In this document: piece by piece, positions 12,601-23,200 of the stretch | How the letters are laid out: every line of letters begins with the position of its first letter | Numbering within the stretch: position 1 is the stretch's first letter | NCBI RefSeq assembly: GCF_000150275.1 | Contig: NW_002060946.1 | Location: 2,685,454-2,749,453 of the forward strand | DNA length: 64,000 nucleotides | Direction of reading: 5' to 3' | From: Trichoplax adhaerens | Taxonomy: Eukaryota > Animalia > Placozoa | Position numbers and translations under genes: made by a program | The notes under the pieces: model-generated | Database searches by the model: none | The model's input: the letters and a program-made list of their open reading frames with translations, nothing else | What the model was told of the DNA's origin: nothing

Positions 12601-12739
12601 CTACAATACTTTCCTTACCAGCATATCTTGATGTTGCGTATCGATATGGTTAACAACGGATACCTAATCATAAATTGGCATTACTATTAAGCTAGAGAAT
12701 GTTTCTAATTCAATATTATTGCAAATTAAACGTTACCAT
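9629..12739 (-). CDS. SEC13: SEC13 WD40 protein (COPII / nuclear pore / GATOR2), multi-exon
   Basis: ATG-only first coding exon at 12739-12737, then [15 protein letters not shown] | [26 protein letters not shown] | [27 protein letters not shown] | ... [16 protein letters not shown] ... [21 protein letters not shown] | [15 protein letters not shown]; stop at 9629-9631. Confidence 0.96.
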
Positions 12740-12824
12740 TTTGAGAGAGAACTACACGACGACGTGGCAAAAATGGCGAACTCCTTGACTGCTTTGACCT
12801 ACAACAATGTCGGAGACTGCTGGC

Positions 12825-13245
12825 GTACTGTACCCGATGATACGGTAATACTTTCATTCTACAGTACTGTAGTTTGCGTCTATACTGTATACTATACTGT
12901 ACATACCGTACAGTACAGTACTATACGGCGAATGGTGCTGCACTTGTCACTCTATAGTATTATGGCTTCTATAATTGTACTCTACAGTACAGTACATACA
13001 GTACAGTAGAATATCCTGCACTGTACACTGTACATGTGCTTGGTATGCATTGAAGCGTTCCGTAGCAATGACGTTCGATAACACTGGCTGCAACTGACGC
13101 GATAGTAGGCTCACCTTACACGGCTACACCTGTTACCTGATTGTACAGTACAATGTGTGATATTACAGTCGAAATTTCTCTACGTGGTATACAGTACAGT
13201 ACAGTGTACAGTACTGTACTGTACTGTACACTGTACATTGTACAG
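12825..13245. repeat. CAGTA/TACTG-rich region upstream of SEC13
   Basis: Dense TACAG/CTGTA pentamers beginning ~90 bp upstream of the SEC13 ATG. Confidence 0.75.
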
Positions 13246-13702
13246 TGCTGGAAGCAGAGTGGCTGATCGGGCTGGATCAAGCTGCCAATCTTGTCGCTTT
13301 GCAGAGCTCCGCTATGGAGTTTAGGAGTATAGTAATTTGATGTTATATTGCCTTTAGTAATCTATGCCTGTGCTATACATTCGATACAGGTACCACTGAT
13401 GTCAGTTGTAAATAGATAGTACCCTGCGAAATGATGGCTACACCTATTACCTGATTGTAGAATGTGGGATATTACAGTAGAAATTTCTCTACGTGGTATA
13501 CTGTAGTGTACTGGAAGCAGAGTGGTTGATCGGGCTGGATCAAGCTGCCAATCTTGCCGCTTTGCAGCACTCCGCCATGGAGTTTAGGAGTATAGTAATT
13601 TGATGTAATATTGCCTTTAGTAATCCTTGCCTGTGCTATGCATTCGATACAGGTACCACTGATGTCAATTGTAAATAGATAGTACCCTGCGAAATGATGG
13701 CT
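13122..13702. repeat. Two-copy tandem duplication (~310 and ~265 bp)
   Basis: GGCTACACCT.TTACCTGATTGTA...GATAGTACCCTGCGAAATGATGGCT starts at ~13122 and ~13436. The first copy carries extra CAGTA/TACTG insertions. Confidence 0.9.
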
Positions 13703-13749
13703 TATACTGTACTACGCTATAGACTTTGCAATACTGTACATGTACAGTA

Positions 13750-13809
13750 GGATACAAGCAACCTACAACCTACTGTACATGTACAGTAGGTTGTAGGTTG
13801 CTTGTATCC
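13750..13809. repeat. Perfect 60-bp palindrome
   Basis: GGATACAAGCAACCTACAACCTACTGTACA|TGTACAGTAGGTTGTAGGTTGCTTGTATCC, directly preceded by the 18-bp palindrome TACTGTACATGTACAGTA (13732-13749). Confidence 0.95.
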
Positions 13810-14765
13810 ATTGCATTACACTACTGAGAGCAGAAGCGTAGTTTAATCTGTCAAGTGCCTACACCTGAGCTTGTGGATTAACAAGTAAAATTGATAGTCT
13901 AAATAAAATCCATAGTACTATAATTATTACAGACGGATTTTACAACTCTGATCGTTATGACTTTGGACCTAGAGGCTACGGATGAGCAAGTGGAAAGCTC
14001 TTATAATAACGTACGCCAAGTCGCCTTTAATACAGAAAACCTTAAGATACACGCTTTTGCGCAATGTATTACTAATTGACCAGTTTCAGTACTGTAGTAA
14101 CTCTGAAACAGCTAGAAATAATGTAATACATCTAAGCTAGTATATGGTTAAACAATAATCAATTTAATCACGCATTTCCGGTATCTTTAAATTGATTGAT
14201 GACATGCAATGCCCATCTTGAACGCTTCTTTGAACACATACTGACATGATGAAACCAATTTTATAAAATAATCAGACTCGTACAACAATCTGAAATATAC
14301 AATATAGAGTACACTCGTATGTACACATATAACTATAATATTCATAGTATTGAAGGATTGCATACGAGATGTAGAATCCATAAGACAGTCAAATCATCTC
14401 TACCATATAGTGTACAGTACCAATTTACATTACATAGTTATTTAAAATTTAAATTTATAAACATACAATTTTTATGCCAAGCTGTCCTATTATATTGTAT
14501 GTAATAATATTATAAAGGCTACACAACTTGGTACGTACTGTACTAAGATACAAACTAATCCGTGATTGTACAGTAGTGGCTAAAGTATTGTGGATATTTT
14601 TTATTAATTTGCAATATTTAAACCAAATTAGAGTAATCAAACTTTGCTTATTTAAAACAATTAGAAATTGAATACCGTAATTGTGACTAAATTTTGCAGC
14701 TTAAAGAGCTGATACCTACTTGATATCAAAGACATTAAATACTGGCAAAGAATTAGCTATAGATA

Positions 14766-16133
14766 CTATACATCGATATCTTCACCGAGAATATCATTTT
14801 TTCGCCCGTATAAATATTTTTCTGGAATGGCTGTTATAGGATTAAAGGATACTAACATCCAGCCTGCTATAGCCAGTATTCCTCGTAGTAAATTAATAAT
14901 TCTCCATGAAGAAAATAAGGTTTGGCTCTGAGTAGTTAATCTACGAACATTCTGATCCGTTACCGTTGGCCAGTAAAAAGATTGATTAACATTATATAAA
15001 CCGATACGATAATCAATTTCAGCGATACTAGTAGACAGTATTAAGCTTAAAATATGAATTAGGATACACAAGGCCAGCACTGGGTGGCGAATAAAGCGGG
15101 TGATTAATGATACATATTCATGACTTTCTAGGTCAAAACGGTCCATAACCGATACAGTAGCGATCGCTAGTAAGAAATAGTAAACCGATTGAGCGGCTTG
15201 AGAAAGCCTGTTGTAACAGGCCAGCACAGTGATAGTTCCATTAACTTGATTTTCAATGGTAGAAATGGATATTGTTTGCCATAAAGCAAAGCCTGCTAGT
15301 AGGCCTTCACAAAAAAATGCAATCTTCATAAAGATATTAAATACTGAAGAACCTAACTGGGCTGAATTAGTAATATTACTCATTTTACTTTTTAAAGCGT
15401 CGATATCTTTATCTTTTTTCATGTCATTTAGGTTACTCTTGTTTACTCTTCGGAATCCGCCGCCGTCTGTTCGCTCAACATAAACAACATTAAGAGGTTG
15501 ACTGGGAAGTGATGGGACTAAATTGGGCGGCTCGGTAATCTCTATATTATAGTCTTTAGATGTAATGACATCTTCTGGTGATAAATTAAGATCGTGATCG
15601 AAATCTGCCTCTGAGTAATGCGATACTGCCGCAGCCGATGTCAACTGGTAATCTTTTCTTTTTTTGCCTTTCTTCTTTCTTGATCTTTCTTCATTTTTAG
15701 TGGTATCTCCATCAACAACATCTGGATTACCAAAAGAATCATTCATTTTTAAACCATCTTTATTTTCATGATCGTCTGCCTGAACACTAGCACGAGAGCC
15801 GCTTTCCATGTACGAATTATCCGCCATTTGTTGACCCGTGGTTCGTTTTTTCTTCTTTTTTATTGATTTAGGAACTATTTTCTCTTGATCATCATGATCG
15901 CTAGCAAATGCAGTTTCACGTTCTACTAGTTTAGCCCTTTTCTCTTCCACATTCTTCTTACGTCGTGAATTAGTAGTTGCTTTAGGATCTTTTGTCACAT
16001 CATCAGTGTCTTCTTGCAAAGCTCTCTTCTTTCTTGTTTTCTTTGTTTCTGTTGTATCAATCATCTGAATTGCACTTGATTGCGGTTTGCGAATTTTCTT
16101 ACGTTGCCTTGAATTGCTATTATCGTCCGCCAT
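14766..16133 (-). CDS. TMEM237: Transmembrane protein 237 (ciliary transition zone), single coding exon, 455 aa
   Basis: Lys-rich disordered N-terminus, SQP..VYVE...GF motif, then four hydrophobic segments: IAFFCEGLLAGFALWQ...QSVYYFLLAIATVSVMDRFD...WRIINLLRGILAIAGWMLVS, matching the TMEM237 C-terminal domain. A probable 5'UTR intron lies at ~16221-16490. Confidence 0.88.
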   Translation of the reverse strand: MADDNSNSRQRKKIRKPQSSAIQMIDTTETKKTRKKRALQEDTDDVTKDPKATTNSRRKKNVEEKRAKLVERETAFASDHDDQEKIVPKSIKKKKKRTTGQQMADNSYMESGSRASVQADDHENKDGLKMNDSFGNPDVVDGDTTKNEERSRKKKGKKRKDYQLTSAAAVSHYSEADFDHDLNLSPEDVITSKDYNIEITEPPNLVPSLPSQPLNVVYVERTDGGGFRRVNKSNLNDMKKDKDIDALKSKMSNITNSAQLGSSVFNIFMKIAFFCEGLLAGFALWQTISISTIENQVNGTITVLACYNRLSQAAQSVYYFLLAIATVSVMDRFDLESHEYVSLITRFIRHPVLALCILIHILSLILSTSIAEIDYRIGLYNVNQSFYWPTVTDQNVRRLTTQSQTLFSSWRIINLLRGILAIAGWMLVSFNPITAIPEKYLYGRKNDILGEDIDV

Positions 16134-17324
16134 TTGTTCTCTAAATGTTATTCCAGATTGTTATTACCAAGCTAATATTTTGGGGATGTACTCGTACTAA
16201 TTATTATAAGGTAGCACACCTAAAATAAATAAATAAATTAATCAATGAAACACCGATAAGATCGCATAAGTATTTTTAGCGATATCGCGAATTAGCGACT
16301 GTATAAATTTAGTACTGGATTTGTAATGAAGATATAAAACTTAAAATTTCGACAGCATCATCTTAATGTAGTATCATTGCATGCAGTCTTTGCATATCCA
16401 TAGAGTCAGTTAGTAGCAATGAGAGTAATTTTATTCCAATTACGAGTGTGAAAGAGCCATAACAAATACTGTACAGTAGTCCTTGTTTACCTGCCTAGTG
16501 ATAATTTAATATTGATGTCGTATCGACAACCCCACTGTAGTAGCGATCGTCAAATCATAACTGTACTTAACAACAATCTAATATTCATCGAGTTCCATCA
16601 ATCAATTGAGCCAAGTCTCAGTTTGTTGCGCGTATCGTATTTATAGACATTATTACTGTTAGCCTATTGTGAAAATGCTTCTTTTATCATGAACGTATAC
16701 AGTGTGTACTCTAGAAGTATCTGTAATTCATAGTGCAAGTATTATTATTATTTATTTGTTTCTTATCAACACAAAATAATATTTTTTTGGCCTCAATTTA
16801 ATGCAGTTTGGTATTGCTTAAATCTGTAGCTTTAACGGCGAGATGTCACGCGAATGCAATGTTTGCGTTATGCCAAATTATCAAGGTAATGACGAGGTAT
16901 ACCGAATTACGATATGTATGTTTTACTTCAGAATCAATTAGCATGCCAACGTACCGTAGACGGCTGTCTATTGCTTTTGTTACTCTAGTGAAAGGTGACG
17001 ACCAAAGTTGCTTAAGGTTAAGATTCAACTGGATAGTATTTTACCAGTCAATTAATTGATTAACTGGGAATCTTTGACGTTCTGATACGCGTCCGTTAAT
17101 TGCGCATCTATAGCATCGTAGCTTGTAGTATTAACGATGATACTACGTAGTATTCCTATAAAGCTACAGCAAAGTGTAATATTAGCGCTCAAGTATAAAA
17201 CCCGGACAACGATGCCTTGGAGTAGCAGGATCATACGATGGAGGCCAGGCCAGGATTTCTAGTACTCGCATATCAAAAATTGTTGTACGATCAACAAAGA
17301 ACGGTAAGAAGAGTACAATAATAA

Positions 17325-17470
17325 CGGTTGAGGAATTCGAATGGCATTATTACGCAAGCGCAAAGGAGCAGTCGGCAATCCATACTGGAGCTGTTAAGCG
17401 GTTGAGGAATTCGAATGGTATTATTACGCAAGCGCAAAGGAGCAGTTGGCAATCCATACTGGAGTCGTTA
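17325..17470. repeat. 74-bp tandem duplication
   Basis: CGGTTGAGGAATTCGAATGG.ATTATTACGCAAGCGCAAAGGAGCAGT.GGCAATCCATACTGGAG at 17325 and 17399. Confidence 0.9.
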
Positions 17471-17481
17471 TTGTAAATGGA

Positions 17482-17637
17482 GTGAAAACGCAACCCGAGC
17501 CCGATAAAACCCGATCCGATCCAATTGTTGATTTTCGAACCCGAAATGAAAACAATCGCTATACAAACACTGTATCGCCATCGAAATTCTGAAGGCGAAT
17601 CCTGCCCTCGGAGTCGGGTTTCGGGTTGACTTTTAAC
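17482..17637. mobile_element. Possible MITE remnant with imperfect terminal inverted repeats and internal ACCCGA motifs
   Basis: CAACCCGAGCCCGA at 17491 versus TCGGGTTTCGGGTTG ending at 17628; further (A)CCCGA copies inside. No clean TSD seen. Confidence 0.4.
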
Positions 17638-17639
17638 GA

Positions 17640-18170
17640 CACTGACACATACAGTACACTGAGTACAGTACAGTACAGTACACCACCGGGTGAATACTGT
17701 ACTGTATTGTACTGTACTGTACGGCAGGATACTGCAAGAGTGATTTATACTGTATCGTGATAGCTTTGTACAGTATTGACCGGCCTAGGATGGTCCAAAA
17801 GTTTGAAGTTGACTGTAAAGCCTTTTTAAGACTAGAGTTCGAGTTTGGGGCTAGTGGCAAACGGTAAGATTTGGTTGGGTTTAGTTTTAGAATAAAAAAA
17901 AATTGGTATACAGTACAGTACTGGACTGTAGTAAAAGACAATCTTACTGTACTGTACAGTGTACAGTGTACAGTACAGTACAGTACTGTACCGTATTCTA
18001 TGCAAAGTGCGAAGTACTGTACACTGTACACTATGTACTGTACTGTACTGTACTGTATGTCACGTGTACTGTGCTGTACTGTACTGTACACACCTTCTAC
18101 AGTTAAATTCAAGACCGCACCTCGAACCGACAGTACTGTACAGTACGTACTGTACAGCATGGAGCCCCGT
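17640..18170. repeat. CAGTA/TACTG pentamer array between divergent TMEM237 and PDZ-Roco loci
   Basis: Long runs such as TACAGTACAGTACAGTAC and TACTGTACTGTACTGTAC. This array produces the spurious YCTVL/QYSTV ORFs. Confidence 0.9.
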
Positions 18171-20156
18171 AGTCCTGCAGCCTGTTTGATTCTGTCGTTC
18201 TCTTTTCATCTCAGTGTGTTGTTGTGCACATTTCTTGTTCATAAAAACTTGAAACTTAAAAAAAAACTTATAGCGACTGGCTGATAGAACCTACACATTG
18301 CATGTTAAGTAGTAGTACTAACTTGACCTAATATATACCCATACTGAGCAATATACCTCATCCTAATCAGACATTGGCACCAGGACAGTCGACTGAGTAC
18401 AGTAGTGTGCTATGCCTTGAAACGCGAGATCATACTTTCTGAATTCCATTTCTCTCTTTCTCTCTCTCTCTTCTTGTGTCTTAATTAATTAAAATCAGTT
18501 TCTCAGTACATTTTGTGTGCAAATTCCTTAAGACTACAGGCTATATTATACCCATCGCAGTGTCGAAATTACAACCTCAGTCAATGCTAGGTGGTCTCGT
18601 CCACTTTACGAGCATTGCGCCCTGCACGAACAGTGAATGAAAGCTAGGTAATCCCTCCTACCGGCGACTTGCCGTTGTTGTTGACTTGTTCATTCGTCCA
18701 TAATCTCCATACCAGACGCTAGACAGTAAGACATGATCCGCTACATGCCAGACATTAAATAGACAAATATACAAGTGTGCAACCATTTTATTTTTGCTTT
18801 CATCAATCACAAACGATGACTGTCTACAGTATTTGTTGTAAGACTACTGCTGTTGTACGCATCATTGCAAGACTCTTATTGTCTCGTACTCTATTCAATC
18901 CACTCCCGCTACTCTCCAACATAAAGGTAACGTGATGATATTTTTATTGGTGGGGCTGGGCAACTAGTTTTGAAAAATAGCGATCGCGCTGTTTGTACAT
19001 ATGGCTGTATACGTATGCATATCATACATCCTCGTATATATACACTATAGTAAGTGACCGTATCAGGCGTACATGAAAAGAAAAGCTTTCAACGGAGCAG
19101 CATCAAGCCAGCTTGCGTATTTTAGCCCCCAATTTTTTTTTTTTGGCTAATCATGCTATCTTAATTGATGTAAAAAAAGAAAATTTATTCCTAGTTGAAT
19201 AGGCAGTATAGTATTAGGACGGTGATATCCGTAGTTCAATACTACTACTACGTTATTAATTGTGCTACGTGATCTTAGATCAACAGCCTTAGTGGTAACA
19301 GCGCAAAATTGCAAGGCTGAATTTGTCCCCTTTGAAGATTGCACACGATTTGGTGTTATTCCTACTCAAGAGATGATGATCAGTACAGCAACAGATGCCA
19401 ACGGTAGCGGTAGGTCTAAAAATGATAACTCATATACCATATTATGCTGTTGTTTGGTATTACCTATTTTTATGCGGTCATCACTTTGATTTCGTGCCCC
19501 CCAAAAAACACTATCAATCGTAATCAACAATGTTCTGTAAGCACAGCTAAGATCTTTTTTAGTGTTGATCCAAAATTTCAATAATTATCTAATTTTTACT
19601 CGGCCTCCACTATCAGCCAATTGGATGGATGGCCTTCGCGCCATCTTAACAGTTATCTTAGGCTATAATCTGTACGCCAATTAAGTTGGTAAAAGAATTC
19701 CCAATCTAAAAAAAGAGAGTATGATCGTGCTTCAAGCGGTCCATTTTTTATCGAAACTCTAAATATGGTAGAAAAGTAGATAAAACACGAAAGCAAAGCA
19801 CTTGAAAATTGACAAAGACGTCTTGCTGTACATTCGCATTCTTCAATAGACACCATCACAAATTAAAGGGGGGTCGATATCTTTTCTAGATAAGATAAAA
19901 TTGTACTAAAGGTACGTTATTATCAATTAATTGAAAAGAGTTGGTAGAGTGTTTATTGAAAGTAAAATAGAGATACTTAATCACGTTATTAGCGTAGGCA
20001 CAAGTAGGCCTTGCAAGACTATCAATTTCTTGGACGTCTGACAATTGCTTTGATTACATCAAACCATCTTATGACATTGCATTAATTTGATTTTTACTCA
20101 CTTTCTTTATCGTTTAATTAAAAGACGCCAACTTTAGCTAATAAGTAACAGTCGCG

Positions 20157-20220
20157 ATCTAATTCTCACACAATGTAACGGTAAGTAAGTAATCTAATTC
20201 TCACACAATGTAACGGTAAG
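20157..20220. repeat. Short direct repeat (29 bp x2, period 35)
   Basis: ATCTAATTCTCACACAATGTAACGGTAAG at 20157 and 20192. Confidence 0.85.
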
Positions 20221-23200
20221 CAGAAATTAGCTTTCTTAATTTCTTTATGAAAGAAAAATTGCACAGTTCTATAGCGACAGCTTCCTGCTTAACTTAAAGT
20301 GTACATTAGCGCCGTCGAACTCGGCTACAGTTACTTAGTTATGGATCCTAAATTGTTTACTTTTATGTGACTAAAACGGTCATCAAACTGTTAGTTTGCG
20401 TTCTCCCATTGATATCTTTTAGTTGCCTAATTAAATTTTGAATGTTTAATGTTTAATCAATACTTTCCTCTTGGTGCTTAGACTACACTGCAATTCCATT
20501 TTATTTTCGAACTTTTTCCTTTCAGCAATTTTATCTCATATGAGCAGTATTGAAACTGACTTATCCTTTATGAATGATTTTAATCTTGAAATACATATCG
20601 TTCATCTGTAGTCATGATCTCCCATTCAAGGAATAATCTCATTTCATACCGATATTCATGTCATGCTAACTCTTTAAGCAAAAACACTACAAACCTCTAT
20701 GGAATGCATCAACGTATGTTTTACTAGCAATTTATTAATTAATGATAATCTCCTATTCATGCTTTCAAGTCAATGCCCGCTTGTTTTCGTTAAAATAATA
20801 CGAAAAAATGTTATTTTCTATCTACCGAGATGAAATTGACATCAATTTCCAAAGTTCGATGTTTTATTTTTTAGATTCGATGTTGAAAAGCGGACAATAA
20901 GAGTTTGTATAAATTAATACTCTGCTCTTGTAACCTGTCAAGCACTAATTCATGCAACGATGTCGTTTTCATCACAGCTAATTAAATTGACGCTCTTTCT
21001 TTCGTTGTCATATTCTAAAGACTGTGGGACCGAGATAGTTCATTACGGTAGTATCCAACTGTTTTAATCAAATCATCAATTTTTTGAATTCTCTCAATAT
21101 CCCTTGATATAGGATGTTGTTGGTCCTAATGCTTACAAATAACATAGAATTAATTTTGGTCAGTTTTAATTGCTGTTATATACTGAAACGACCATACCAC
21201 ATTGATCGCTAATTTGTTTCAAACAAAATTTTTATCCAATCGTTTAGAAATGTATCCTTTTATATAGATATCCATCATGACTGATTTCGAATGGTGAATA
21301 GCTTGCAAGTTAATTTAACGAGCAATATTAAAATAGCATGACACTGGCATCATTGATACTGAGCCAAGTGCATTAACTATTTTGATATTGTCTACAATTT
21401 TCCGAAAACACTCACTACTGCCGTAGTACATTATAATGAAATATGCTGACTCTATTACTGACATGATAAGCCTATTAGGGAGATTTATATAATCTGACAA
21501 ATAAAGAAGTGTTAGCAGCCGGTTCTTCGATAATCACTATCTTTTCTCTTACAATAGTATTCACAGAAGAATAACTCGCCTTCTTCATTCCTACTTCTGC
21601 AGATTGCTAGAACGTAATGCTGTTATTTATAGTCTACCAATAATCAATTCGTTTTCAATAGCAATACTGTCAGGAAATTTCATCACGTTAACGTTTTACG
21701 AAAAACTGAGCCTGCAATAAAGTGGTAAATTGGAATGATAATTTCTCTTTCAAATAAAGATAACGTTCGTTAAATGGACACTCTGACTTAAAGTATGATA
21801 GAAAATAAATTTGATTTACACACTGTGTAAGCAAATGAATCATCAGATACATTTTTATTTTACCGCAAGACTTGTAAGATAATATTGCCTCTCTGCTAGA
21901 ATAATATCGGTGTATTATGAGTATTGATGTCGTATTGGTTATCTACAGAATAATGTGTACTTTAAGAGTAACATTATACACTAAAACTATAGTTGCGAAG
22001 ACTAACAGTACACAACGTCATCAAATTTGCATTGATCCTTATCCTTTCTATTATCATTCACTAAAAAACTTGTTAATTGTAACGTCTGGTGGAGTTGCTC
22101 TATCCTGTACAGCATTTACTTATTTATCATATTTGTTGTCTGCTGCAAATATGAATAATAAGCATCATCATCAATTATCCAATAGGAAGTTATGATTAAC
22201 AAAGTTGACTAATTATTGGCTCCAACATGTTTAACTAGTTAACATTCCGGAAGTAGGGATTACAAAAAATGTCATACAAATTAGTTACGTGCAAAATGAG
22301 GGATTAAAAAATGCAGTCCTTGATATGTCTACTGTACAGTATTATAACGGAAACTAAGCTTTCACCGAAACAACTAATGATGCTTGAATTAAAAGTATGA
22401 TAATTTTAATTGAAATATTTGTGAACATCAATAGACTGCATCGAAATACTGTTATTTCGATAAAGTTATTGTATACGAGGTAGCCGTGATATCAAGATTG
22501 CCACTCATTTAAAAATAATATTATGCACTTCACGTAATTTATTTTGACCGTTATAAGGGATACTCTAATTGGCATCTCGCTCATTATTTTTATTGAAATA
22601 TCCTTGTGATGTTATCTATGCGATAGTAAGCAGTAGTCTGATGTCAAATTTGACTCATACCATGCTAATTTAGATTTACACAAAAAAGTAAACGGCTACC
22701 GTATGATGGTATATCGTTTTAGTTTATACGTAATTAATAAGCAATTGCAGATAATCTATGCTTTACGGATTAAACTTCGACCTTAAATCAACACCTTAGA
22801 AAGTTTACACTTTTAATTTATTTATTAGAAATTGATTTAAAGATAATATGTAAAATTTACGCATTCTAGAGCTATTTAACTTATTAGTAATTACGCATAA
22901 AGTGCAATAGACACATTATAAAAACAGAATGTTACAAAGAGCAATATAGGATACACTATACTTCTAAAATCTTCGTAAATGCAGCAATGTGTCTATCCAC
23001 ATTTTTGCTTCTCTGATTTTATTTAAGTATAGGTTCTGAGCGGATATCACCGCTAATCTTTCGTATTATTGTAGCTAGCTGCCATACTTACATTTTACAG
23101 TTAGATCCGATATTATTGTCTATCTAGCACATGCAATAACAGCGATTCATATTCATCTGACTAGTTCACTAAGCAACTGGTTTAAATTAGTTGATAAAGT

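Noticed and set aside
13395-13440. CTGATG...CGAAA in tandem repeats as a possible hammerhead ribozyme (also CTGATG at ~3965 and ~4175)
   Set aside because: The core reads CTGATGT or CTGATGG rather than CTGANGA, and I could not build the required stems.
16518-16531. GTCGTATCGACAAC as an RFX X-box for ciliary TMEM237
   Set aside because: Only one half-site fits the consensus; too weak to call.
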